Part shown: one piece after another, positions 20,182 to 29,059 of the stretch | Layout: the number at the start of each line of letters is the position of its first letter | How positions within the stretch are numbered: the stretch's first letter is position 1 | Assembly: GCA_043766895.1 (NCBI GenBank) | Contig: JAYUHQ010000062.1 | Span: 792 to 64,791 of the forward strand | DNA length: 64,000 nt | Direction: 5' to 3' | Source of the DNA: Aestuariivirga sp. | GTDB taxonomy: Bacteria > Pseudomonadota > Alphaproteobacteria > Rhizobiales > Aestuariivirgaceae | Made by a program: the position numbers and the translations under genes | The notes under the pieces: generated by a model | Seen by the model: only the letters and a program-made list of their open reading frames with translations | The model's database searches: none | What the model was told of the DNA's origin: nothing

Positions 20182-20874
20182 TCATTCTCCAAAGTAAAGC
20201 CGATGCAGCATTTGGGCGTCTTCGCGCAATTCCTTGCATGTGCCGTCATAGGCAATATGACCATGGCGCAACACATAGGCGCGGTGGCCCACGGCCAGGG
20301 CCAATGAAGCAAACTGTTCAACCAATAAAACCGACAGGCCCTTGCGCGATAATTCAGCGACCAGTTTCATCAGACGTTGCACAATCAACGGGGCCAATCC
20401 CAAAGACATTTCATCGATCAACAAAACTTTGGGCCGCGCCAGCAAGGCCCGACCAATCAACAGCATTTGCTGTTCGCCGCCTGAAAGAAGGCCAGACTTG
20501 ACATGCCTTCGTTGCAAAAGTTCAGGAAAAATTGCGAACACTTCATCAGTCGATGCCAGTGTGTTTCGGGCAACTTCTAAATTTTCTTCAACCGTAAGGT
20601 CAACAAATACTGCGCGTCCTTGTTCGATTAAAGACAGCCCCGCTTTTGCCCGGCTGCTGGGACCCATCTTCTCAATGTGGCTTTCGCCTAAGCGGATCAA
20701 GCCACCTGTGCAAGCCACAGCACCGGCAATGCCTTCCAGCAAAGTTGTTTTTCCAGCCCCATTGGCACCCAGAAGCACGGTAATCGTGCCAGCATCCACC
20801 ACCAAGGAAGCATTGCGCACCACTGGCAAACCTGCGCGATTAACGGAAAGGTTTTCAACGATCAGCGCGCTCAT
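20182..20874 (-). CDS. ABC ATP-binding protein (LivF type)
   Basis: GANGAGKT, LSGGEQQ, IDEMSLGLAP and LVEQ. Confidence 0.93.
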   Translation of the reverse strand: MSALIVENLSVNRAGLPVVRNASLVVDAGTITVLLGANGAGKTTLLEGIAGAVACTGGLIRLGESHIEKMGPSSRAKAGLSLIEQGRAVFVDLTVEENLEVARNTLASTDEVFAIFPELLQRRHVKSGLLSGGEQQMLLIGRALLARPKVLLIDEMSLGLAPLIVQRLMKLVAELSRKGLSVLLVEQFASLALAVGHRAYVLRHGHIAYDGTCKELREDAQMLHRLYFGE

Positions 20875-22601
20875 GCCGCCAGTCCTTCAGGATCGCCAAT
20901 ATAGGCTTTAATGACGCCGGGGTCGGCCAACACTTGTTGGGTTGAACCCGCCGCAATCACCCTACCAAAATCGAGAACGATGATCGTATTACAAACCATT
21001 CGTACAAGATCCATGTCGTGTTCCACCATCAAAACAGATGTGCCAAAACGTGTTGGAATTTGCGCAATGCGTGCGGCAAGCTGCGTTGACTCTTGGTGAG
21101 ACAAACCAGCGGCTGGCTCATCAAGCAACACAATCTTGGGCCGTGCGGCCACAACACCCGCAACATCCAACAGACGGCGCGTGCCGGCATCAATTTGTGA
21201 GATCGATGTAAGCGGGCCAGGACAACCCATCCACGCCAGCAATTCATCAGCTTCTTGCGCTGGCAATCGACGACCGGCGGCCAATGTTAAATAGTCGCCA
21301 ACACACAGTTGCGGGGCAATGCGCGTGTGTTGCCACGTGCGGCGAATGCCTGCACGCGCGCGAAGGTGAGCGGGCAAACTATCAAGCTTTTGCGTGTCGA
21401 GCCCAATGGAACCTTCATAAGATGCAAGAAAGCCTGTCACGCCATCAATCAGTGTTGATTTGCCTGCACCATTGGGGCCGATAAGACCTACCACTGAACC
21501 TTCAGGAACAACAAAACTAACATCATTTAAGGCCACCACACTGCCATAGCGCACAGTGAGGTTTTTGATTTCAAGCATCGCGCGGGCATTGGCATTCACA
21601 GTTGGCGGCACAACAGCTGCAAGGCTTGCATCTTCCACAAAACCGCTGGCAACAATCGCTTTGCCTTTAAATATTTTTCGCAGCAGTCCACGCAGATCTT
21701 CTGCCATGGTGCCCCCCATGCTGAGAGCTTGGGTTGCCCCCAATGCAAAAAAGATGTTGCCAATATCTTGCGGCAAATTTAGACGGCGCAAAAGTTCGGG
21801 AAAAAATATGATGAGAATTCCGCCAAAAACCGCACCTTCTGCCAAATGCGCGCCAGCCATCGTCGTGACAACGAAATAGACCATAGACACCATGAGGGTG
21901 AACGATTCAGCCACCAAGGTTCCAAGCTGGCCAGCAAGCAAGCCCCCACTGATGCCCGCAATAAAAGCACTAAGCGCAAAAGCACTGAGTTTTGATTGAG
22001 GAATGCTAACGCCATGTGCAGCGGTTCCACGTTCTGAATGGCGCAACGCCAGCCATGAAGCCCCCAATGGTGTTTGGCTTAGAAGATTAAGCGCAATGGC
22101 AAGAACCACAAACACGGCCACACACAGCGAAAAATAGGCTTGGTCTGAACTGAACAAGTCTGGCCGTTTCACAAAGATGAATTTGGTTTGACCAGGAAAC
22201 GTATAAGAAAGCAGGATGACGTCAAACGCTGACGCAAATCCAAGGGTTACAATGGCCAAGTTAATTCCGCGCAAGCGCAAGGCCGGAAGCCCGATAGCAA
22301 TGCCAAAAGGCACAGCGGCCAATCCACCCAAGAGAACCCACAACAATAATGTGCCAGGCGCATTGCGAACGTTGAGCCATGCCACAACCCAAGCACCGAT
22401 GGCGGCAAAGGACATTTGGCAAAGCGAGATCATCCCTGCCCGGCTGGCAACAAGGCCAACACCCAAGAGGGCTATGCCTGCCACCACGGCCCCTGTGAAC
22501 AGGAAAACCCAATAAGATGTCATCGTGAAATTGATGACCAGCGTTGCAGCACACGCAATCAGAATTGTGCTGAGCGATGATTTCAGATTAGCGCGATTCA
22601 T
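20871..22601 (-). CDS. Fused LivM-type permease and LivG-type ATPase
   Basis: N-terminal TM domain (LRLRGINLAIVTL) fused to GPNGAGKST...LLDEPAAGL...VEHDMDLV. Confidence 0.9.
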   Translation of the reverse strand: MNRANLKSSLSTILIACAATLVINFTMTSYWVFLFTGAVVAGIALLGVGLVASRAGMISLCQMSFAAIGAWVVAWLNVRNAPGTLLLWVLLGGLAAVPFGIAIGLPALRLRGINLAIVTLGFASAFDVILLSYTFPGQTKFIFVKRPDLFSSDQAYFSLCVAVFVVLAIALNLLSQTPLGASWLALRHSERGTAAHGVSIPQSKLSAFALSAFIAGISGGLLAGQLGTLVAESFTLMVSMVYFVVTTMAGAHLAEGAVFGGILIIFFPELLRRLNLPQDIGNIFFALGATQALSMGGTMAEDLRGLLRKIFKGKAIVASGFVEDASLAAVVPPTVNANARAMLEIKNLTVRYGSVVALNDVSFVVPEGSVVGLIGPNGAGKSTLIDGVTGFLASYEGSIGLDTQKLDSLPAHLRARAGIRRTWQHTRIAPQLCVGDYLTLAAGRRLPAQEADELLAWMGCPGPLTSISQIDAGTRRLLDVAGVVAARPKIVLLDEPAAGLSHQESTQLAARIAQIPTRFGTSVLMVEHDMDLVRMVCNTIIVLDFGRVIAAGSTQQVLADPGVIKAYIGDPEGLAA

Positions 22602-23448
22602 CCCACCGCGCCCTTCTTTGAGACCACAACAACACCGCCAGAATAATTAAAAATGGCACCGCACTTCGGAATTGTGCCAATGCCGAAAGCCCCGCTGCCA
22701 TGCCCTCAAGTAAACCCAATGCAATGCCCCCGGCAAGCGTCAACCAAAAACTGCGAAAGCCACCGATTAGCGCCGCAGCAAAGGCTGGCACAACCAACAT
22801 GCTGAATGTCATGAAATTGGGGGCGCGTTGCGGAGCAATAATCATCAATGCAATTGTCGTTGCAAGGCCAGCAACTGCCCAAACACCGATTGAAAGCCTT
22901 TTTACCGGAATGCCAATCAACTCAGCGGTCATCGGTCTTTCTGAAAGCGCACGAAGTTCGAGGCCCATACGCGTGTGATTCAAAAATCGTGTGGCAGCAA
23001 TTGTGAAAACAATCGCCAATGAAATTGTCACCAAAGCGGCGCGCGTAATAACCACATCTGCCAGCGTAAAGGCGGCACCAGGTATAAGATCGGGAAACGG
23101 CCGAGGATGTTGGCCACCCGTAATGCGCAAGCCCAATGCAATCATTCCCACAAGAAGGGCCACAGTTACAGCAGCTTTTGATTGAGGTGGCGCGCCTGCA
23201 AACCATTTCATCATTACCGCGCCTAAAACGGTTGCGGTTATAGTTCCAAAAGCCAGACCCACCAAAATACACAGAGGCAGAGCAGAACCCTGCTCTCGCA
23301 GCATGACCATTGCAAAAGTTCCAACTGCACCAATGGCAGCGCCTGTAAAGTTTACGACCGAAACCAATCGATAAGTGAAAACCAAGCAAACCCCAATGAG
23401 TGCATAAGCGCCACCCGCGGCCAAGCCAGCAACAGTTGATGTGAACAT
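22588..23448 (-). CDS. ABC permease (LivH type)
   Basis: GGAYALIG...VVNF, LRALSE...AELIGI and AAALIGG motifs. Start moved to 23448. Confidence 0.9.
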   Translation of the reverse strand: MFTSTVAGLAAGGAYALIGVCLVFTYRLVSVVNFTGAAIGAVGTFAMVMLREQGSALPLCILVGLAFGTITATVLGAVMMKWFAGAPPQSKAAVTVALLVGMIALGLRITGGQHPRPFPDLIPGAAFTLADVVITRAALVTISLAIVFTIAATRFLNHTRMGLELRALSERPMTAELIGIPVKRLSIGVWAVAGLATTIALMIIAPQRAPNFMTFSMLVVPAFAAALIGGFRSFWLTLAGGIALGLLEGMAAGLSALAQFRSAVPFLIILAVLLWSQRRARWDESR

Positions 23449-23480
23449 GAAAGGTCTTGTTCCCCGAATGTCAAATGAGA

Positions 23481-23518
23481 AAAAGCACCCCGCAGCCAAC
23501 ACAAACTTTGGCTGCGGG
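23481..23518 (-). terminator. Intra-operon hairpin after the SBP gene (terminator or mRNA stabiliser)
   Basis: 11-bp perfect stem CCCGCAGCCAA/TTGGCTGCGGG (23489-23518), followed on - by GTGCTTTTT. Confidence 0.6.
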
Positions 23519-23535
23519 ATGAGATTGATTTGGTG

Positions 23536-24717
23536 TTATTCAGGAGGGAGGACAAACCAATCTGGAGTTTCGACTTTCCAGGCACCGTTTTCAAGTTTCA
23601 CCATTTTGGTGCCTTGGGATGAAGCATGAGATTTTGCATCGCCAAAAGTATAGGGCGTGCCCACAAGTGGGTTGTTTACTGGCGGAAGTTTATGCAATGC
23701 AGCAGTAACAGTTTCGCGGGTAACGGGGCCGTCAATTGATTTGAGAACATCAACCAAAATAGAGGCTGATTCATAACCGCCTTGGGTAAATGCAGTAAGC
23801 GGCATGCCAGCTTTTGTCATCGCGGCATTCCAACTTTCGTTGGCCTTTGATTTGGAGTCTGTATAGGGTTCCCACTCGGTGCCAACATAAATTTCCTGTT
23901 TGGTGGCGGCCAATGCCTTTGCCACTTGCACAGAATATCCCGGAGCCAAGAACAGCCATTTGATGCCGGTTATGTTTTGCGCATCAGCAGTATTAATCAT
24001 TTGCACAATTTGTGGTTCAACCGTGTTCAACACAACAGCATCACAGCCAGAATCACGCGCCTTCAACACATAAGGCGTATAGTCGCCTTGGAAAGGCAAT
24101 GTCAGATCAATCATGCCAAATTTTTGGCCGCTCACTTTTTCCCAGCGCGCAACAGCTGCTGGATAAGCTTCATCCGTTCCGCCGACGATCCAGAAAATAC
24201 CGCATAATTTTTTGGCTTTTAAAACTGAAGAACCATATTGCAACACTGCCGTTGTAAGGGTGAATGGCCCCACATTCACTGGCGAAATTGAAGGCGAATG
24301 AAAGCATACAGGATCAACGCCAAGGCCATGCACAGACAGAATGCCCTGTTTATCATAATATCCGGCATTGACAGCGCAATCGAGAAGGCTGGCGCTGCCT
24401 GTCATTACCACAGCACCCTTATTTTCCACCAAGTCGCGGGCAGATTGTGCCGCCACTTGCGGATCAGCTTTATCATCAGCGATGGTGTAGTCAATTTTGC
24501 AACCGTTAATTCCACCCGCCGCATTCACAACATCAAATGTTGCCTTTGCAGCTTTGGGCACTTCGCTGAAATCTGCGGGCCCCGTAATTGTTGACACTGC
24601 ACCCACGACAATTTTGCCATCGGTACAGGTGGGGCCGGCCGCTGCCGCCGGTGTTATTTGGCTAACGATCACTGAAAACAGTGATACCGCTGCCAAAAGT
24701 GCTGTCTTTCCAATCAT
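23536..24717 (-). CDS. LivK-like ABC substrate-binding protein
   Basis: Signal peptide; NAAGGINGCKI...DDKADPQ pattern of the periplasmic binding protein type 1 fold. Confidence 0.9.
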   Translation of the reverse strand: MIGKTALLAAVSLFSVIVSQITPAAAAGPTCTDGKIVVGAVSTITGPADFSEVPKAAKATFDVVNAAGGINGCKIDYTIADDKADPQVAAQSARDLVENKGAVVMTGSASLLDCAVNAGYYDKQGILSVHGLGVDPVCFHSPSISPVNVGPFTLTTAVLQYGSSVLKAKKLCGIFWIVGGTDEAYPAAVARWEKVSGQKFGMIDLTLPFQGDYTPYVLKARDSGCDAVVLNTVEPQIVQMINTADAQNITGIKWLFLAPGYSVQVAKALAATKQEIYVGTEWEPYTDSKSKANESWNAAMTKAGMPLTAFTQGGYESASILVDVLKSIDGPVTRETVTAALHKLPPVNNPLVGTPYTFGDAKSHASSQGTKMVKLENGAWKVETPDWFVLPPE

Positions 24718-24824
24718 AAATCTTTCTCCCTATGTTGCGATGCCGCTTCTTGCTTCATCGAATTTCTGAAATTTCTTTTTGGCTCTTGCTGACCAACTCG
24801 ACTCTCAAACAATTATTATTTCAC

Positions 24825-24852
24825 ACGTTAAGTAATTTTGCGCTTTTGTCAA
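24825..24852 (-). promoter_or_regulatory. Candidate sigma70 promoter for the LIV/HDAC operon
   Basis: The - strand reads TTGACA (24852-24847), 16 nt, TAACGT (24830-24825); the -35 overlaps the GMC stop codon. Confidence 0.45.
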
Positions 24853-26450
24853 GCACGCGTGGTTTGTTCTGCATCAATTATGAACCTTGCCGCTCTTTCT
24901 CCAATCATCATGGCCGGAGCATTGGTGTTGCCAGACACGAGCGTCGGCATAATTGAAACATCAGCAACCCTTAACCCGTGCACGCCGCGCACCCGAAGCA
25001 TCTCATCCACAACAGCGCCTTTGTCGGTGGCTGGCCCCATTTTACAGGTGCCAGAAGGATGAAAAACCGTCTTGGCCGTTGTGCGCACATAGTCACTAAG
25101 GGCTTCGTGATTGTTCTCAATACCAAGCTTTGGCAAAACCCGGCGCTTGATAATTTTTGCCAATGCTGGTGCCTCAAGAATTTTGATGGCCAGTTGCACA
25201 CCCCGCACCAAAGTATCAAGATCCGAAACATCTGAAAACGTATTGGCGTTGAACAGTGCTGAATCTTTTGGATTTGCAGAACGCAATTTCACGGTTCCCC
25301 GGGATTTCGGCCGCAAAATACAAGGGCCAATACTTAAGCCGTGGCCCGGCTCTGGCACCCGATCAGCAAAGCCAACCAATGCAGGCAAAACGTGAAACTG
25401 GATATCGGGCTGGCCTGTACCAGACACGTCTGCAAAGCCACCGCATTCAACAACATTCGAGGTTAACAGCCCCGTTTTGGTCAACAAATATTGCGCCATA
25501 TGCCTTGCTGCTGCCAAGCCCTTGTCTTGGCCTAACATCGAGATGGGGTGAATGGATTGTCCTTGTACTGGCGCTTCCATGTGGTCTTGATAATTTTCCC
25601 CCACACCGCGCACATCTGCGATAACAGCTACGCCATGGGCCGCAAGTTCAGCAGCATTGCCCACGCCCGAAAGTTGAAGAAGTTTTGGCGTGGCAATTGC
25701 ACCTGCACATAAAACAATTTCTTTGCGGGCTTTGATCGTAACGCCGGATTCAAGTTCAACCGCGCTGGCTATCTTACCATCAAACACAACACGCGCCACA
25801 CGGGTTTCGGTCATCACTTTTAAATTGTTGCGTTTTTCAGCATCTCGCAGAAATGCAACTGCTGCACTGAAACGTTTTCCACGATAAGTTGTGGTTTGAT
25901 AAAATCCAACGCCTTCTTGCACATTGCCATTAAAGTCACCGTTATAGGCAAGGCCCGCTTGCTGCGCTGCTTTAACAAACGCTTCACACAAAGGGTGCCC
26001 ATAAGCCTTGTCAGAAACTTTCAGCGGCCCATGGGTGCCATGAAATTCGTCTGATAGACTTTGGTTGTCTTCCAAGGCACGAAACACTGGCAATACTTTT
26101 TCATAAGACCAATTGCGATTTCCCAACTGGGCCCAAGTGTTGTAATCATCAGCCGAGCCACGAATATAAATCATGGCATTCACCGAGCTGCCACCCCCAA
26201 TCACATGCCCCTGTGGCACTAAGTTGGGCCTGTTGTTCATGTGCTTTTCGGGTTCACTTGCATAAAGTTGTGCGTCTTTGCCGCCTTCCAAAACTTTAAA
26301 AAACGTAGCGGGAATATGGATCCAGCGATTTTCATCGCGTCTGCCCGACTCGATTAACAGCACCCGGTTGCCAGGGTTCTCTGAAAGGCGTGCGGCCACA
26401 ACACACCCAGACGAGCCACCGCCAACAACAATGTAATCAAATTCAGTCAT
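24849..26450 (-). CDS. GMC family oxidoreductase (choline/alcohol dehydrogenase-like)
   Basis: GGGSSG FAD motif, GGGSSVNAMIY, FHPSGTCKMG and GNTNAP. Confidence 0.93.
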   Translation of the reverse strand: MTEFDYIVVGGGSSGCVVAARLSENPGNRVLLIESGRRDENRWIHIPATFFKVLEGGKDAQLYASEPEKHMNNRPNLVPQGHVIGGGSSVNAMIYIRGSADDYNTWAQLGNRNWSYEKVLPVFRALEDNQSLSDEFHGTHGPLKVSDKAYGHPLCEAFVKAAQQAGLAYNGDFNGNVQEGVGFYQTTTYRGKRFSAAVAFLRDAEKRNNLKVMTETRVARVVFDGKIASAVELESGVTIKARKEIVLCAGAIATPKLLQLSGVGNAAELAAHGVAVIADVRGVGENYQDHMEAPVQGQSIHPISMLGQDKGLAAARHMAQYLLTKTGLLTSNVVECGGFADVSGTGQPDIQFHVLPALVGFADRVPEPGHGLSIGPCILRPKSRGTVKLRSANPKDSALFNANTFSDVSDLDTLVRGVQLAIKILEAPALAKIIKRRVLPKLGIENNHEALSDYVRTTAKTVFHPSGTCKMGPATDKGAVVDEMLRVRGVHGLRVADVSIMPTLVSGNTNAPAMMIGERAARFIIDAEQTTRA

Positions 26451-26466
26451 AGGCTGTTCGCTTCCC

Positions 26467-27888
26467 TTATCGGATGACAGTTTGAACCGTTGTAAATTCT
26501 TTCAGGCCTTCTTCGCCAAACTCTATGCCAAAGCCAGATTGCTTCACGCCACCAAAAGGCGCGTTGGGTTGAATGGCACCGTGTTTGTTGATCCACACAG
26601 TGCCACATTCTAATCGGCCGGCAATCGCTTGCGCCTTGGCAATATCTTTGCTCCAAACCGATCCACCCAATCCGGCAGAATTGTCATTGGCTTTGGCAAT
26701 TGCCTCTTCAACAGTTGAAAACCGAATGATCGGCAAAGCCGGGCCAAACTGCTCTTCGTCCACCAATTTGCAGCCGTTATCAACATCCGCCACAAGTGTG
26801 ATGGGATAGAAATAACCCTTGCCGCCTGTTGGGGTGCCGCCCAGCAAAATTTGGCCGCCATTATGCTTTGCATCATCAACAAGTGATTTTATTTTTTCGA
26901 ATTGCATAGCGTTTTGTATGGGGCCCAGCGCGGAACCAGCATCAAGCCCATCACCTACTGGAATATTTTTGGCGTATGCAACCAAAGCGTTGCAAACTTC
27001 ATCATAGATATCATCATGCACATACAGGCGTTTTAATGCGGCGCAGGTTTGCCCGTTGTTGATAAAAGCACCCCAGAACAGACCTTCAGCAATGGCCAAG
27101 GGGTCTGCGTCTGGCAAAACAATTCCGGCGTCATTGCCGCCCAATTCCAAGGTGAGGCGCTTTAATGTTGCCGAAGCGCCTTCCATGATTTTGCGCCCTG
27201 TTGCGGTCGATCCGGTGAATGTGATCTTGGAAACATCGGGGTGGGTTGTCAGTGTAACCGCCACGGCGTTGTCACACGTGATGCAATTGACAACCCCGGC
27301 AGGCAAAACCTCATTCATCAATTCAACCATGCGCAGCGTGCTCAGTGGCGTATTGGGTGATGGCTTAATGATCACCGCGTTGCCAGCACGGATAGCGGGA
27401 ATAATGTGCCAACAAGCAATCATCACTGGCCAGTTCCAAGGTGTAATTGAAACAACAATGCCAATTGCTTTACGATGCAATTCAACGCGCCCTTCGGGAG
27501 AGTCTTGCAGAAGCTCAAAGGGCAATTTCAATCCCGCCGTATGGCGCGTCCAAGCCAGCGCTCCACCCAGCTCAAACCGCGAACCAAGCCCACCTAAAGG
27601 CTTTCCCTGTTCAAGGGTTAGAAGGGTTGCAAGCTCTTCGGCATGTTCTTCAATTTTTGCTGCAACCGCCAAACACGCCGCGGCGCGTTCAGCATCAGCA
27701 ACATCTTTCCAAGAGGCAAATGCTTTTTTTGCGGCCGCTATTGCTGCCTCAACGTCTTGATGCGTTGCCAACGGCATTTGACCTACAATTGCACCCGTCG
27801 ATGGATTAAGCACAGGCAACGACGCAAGTGTGCTGACGCGCTTTCCGCCGATTGTCATTGCATAGTCTGGCATTGGTTCTGCCTTCAT
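26467..27888 (-). CDS. Aldehyde dehydrogenase (phenylacetaldehyde dehydrogenase-like)
   Basis: ITPWNWP, FTGST, LELGGND, GQTC, EEQFGP and FGGVKQSG. Confidence 0.93.
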   Translation of the reverse strand: MKAEPMPDYAMTIGGKRVSTLASLPVLNPSTGAIVGQMPLATHQDVEAAIAAAKKAFASWKDVADAERAAACLAVAAKIEEHAEELATLLTLEQGKPLGGLGSRFELGGALAWTRHTAGLKLPFELLQDSPEGRVELHRKAIGIVVSITPWNWPVMIACWHIIPAIRAGNAVIIKPSPNTPLSTLRMVELMNEVLPAGVVNCITCDNAVAVTLTTHPDVSKITFTGSTATGRKIMEGASATLKRLTLELGGNDAGIVLPDADPLAIAEGLFWGAFINNGQTCAALKRLYVHDDIYDEVCNALVAYAKNIPVGDGLDAGSALGPIQNAMQFEKIKSLVDDAKHNGGQILLGGTPTGGKGYFYPITLVADVDNGCKLVDEEQFGPALPIIRFSTVEEAIAKANDNSAGLGGSVWSKDIAKAQAIAGRLECGTVWINKHGAIQPNAPFGGVKQSGFGIEFGEEGLKEFTTVQTVIR

Positions 27889-27968
27889 CCCATTCCTCCA
27901 AATTTTTTACCGAACGACATTGGCTCGGCTATTTTGGAAACATAGTGAAACGAAAGCAGGTTGAAGTC

Positions 27969-28003
27969 TTGGACAGCAGCGAAACCAAAATTGGAAAAAA
28001 GCG
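27969..28003. promoter_or_regulatory. Candidate AraC-type tandem direct-repeat site upstream of the ALDH gene
   Basis: TTGGACAGCAGCG (27969) and TTGGAAAAAAGCG (27991), period 22 bp. Confidence 0.35.
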
Positions 28004-28009
28004 CAGACC

Positions 28010-28975
28010 TTAACGCTTTTCGCGGTTCAAATAATCTTTCGGTGTACAATGAAAAACCTCACGAAAACACCGATTGAAATACGAGATATCGTTAAAACCT
28101 GTCGCATAAGCAACTTCTGCGATATTCAGTTTGGCGCCTTGCCGGTTGTTTTGCTGCAATTGTTCTTTTGCCAGGTGCAAACGGCGCATTCTGATAAGGG
28201 ACGTAGGCGTTGTGCCAAAGCCGCTGAAGTCATCCTGCAAGGTTCGCAGTGAAACACCCAATTTTTCTGCAAGCCAACGTGCCGTAAGGTTTTCATCAGT
28301 CAAATGGCGATCGATCAAAATTTGAACAATTTCCAAGCGCTCCCCAGCTGAATCCGCATGCGGCAATACATCAATTTCTTCTTGTGTTGCAAAAGCCTGT
28401 CGGGTGGCATCAAATAACAATCGTTGCAAATGTGGGGCACGTTTGTCTTGGGGCGCAACCTCAATCAATTTGGCAACAAGCGATCCTAACATCACCGACA
28501 TAGGATCTTGCGCAACAAGGCGGCGAGCAACATCAAGGCTCTGTGTCGCTTTGGTGAAAAGCAATTGACGGGGCAGATGCACTGATATGTGGTTTGAGTA
28601 TTGGCCACCAAAATGGAATACGGATGGTCGTGTAGAATCGACCAGAACACAATCTCCCGGAGAGATCACGTCCCTTCTATCTTTTTGTTCAATTCCACAG
28701 GTTCCTTCAAGTTGAATAAGCAAGAACAGATTTTCACCAAAATCCTGCCGAATGTCTTGCGCCTCTCGCCTAACTTCACCAAGATTGTTGGCAATATGAG
28801 CAACGTCAATGCCGCCTGCGGCAATAACACCAACATATCCAATAACTTCAGGTTGGTGTTCATGGCGCAGTGGATTATAGCGGCCACAAATCAACTGCAA
28901 ACGGCTTGACCAATCATCAAACTGCAATGCTTGCCGATGCGAAGCCGCATATTTGGACAATAGCGCAGAATCCAT
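28010..28975 (-). CDS. AraC family regulator, FeaR-like
   Basis: N-terminal ligand domain (ICGRY, PGDCVLVDS) and C-terminal LGVSLRTL...VAYATGFNDISYFNRCF. Confidence 0.9.
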   Translation of the reverse strand: MDSALLSKYAASHRQALQFDDWSSRLQLICGRYNPLRHEHQPEVIGYVGVIAAGGIDVAHIANNLGEVRREAQDIRQDFGENLFLLIQLEGTCGIEQKDRRDVISPGDCVLVDSTRPSVFHFGGQYSNHISVHLPRQLLFTKATQSLDVARRLVAQDPMSVMLGSLVAKLIEVAPQDKRAPHLQRLLFDATRQAFATQEEIDVLPHADSAGERLEIVQILIDRHLTDENLTARWLAEKLGVSLRTLQDDFSGFGTTPTSLIRMRRLHLAKEQLQQNNRQGAKLNIAEVAYATGFNDISYFNRCFREVFHCTPKDYLNREKR

Positions 28976-29059
28976 TTCGTTGTGCCCTACACAAAAAATT
29001 TCAACCCACAGTCAATCACGTCTTGAATAAAAAGCAACGCTTAAAACTTGCGCCCGTTT

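Noticed and set aside
27056-27760. Long + strand ORFs opposite real genes (also 29144-29854 and 51296-51982; 31621-32409 on -)
   Set aside because: Antisense shadows of ALDH, GS, hpaD and GATase, with no motifs or RBS.
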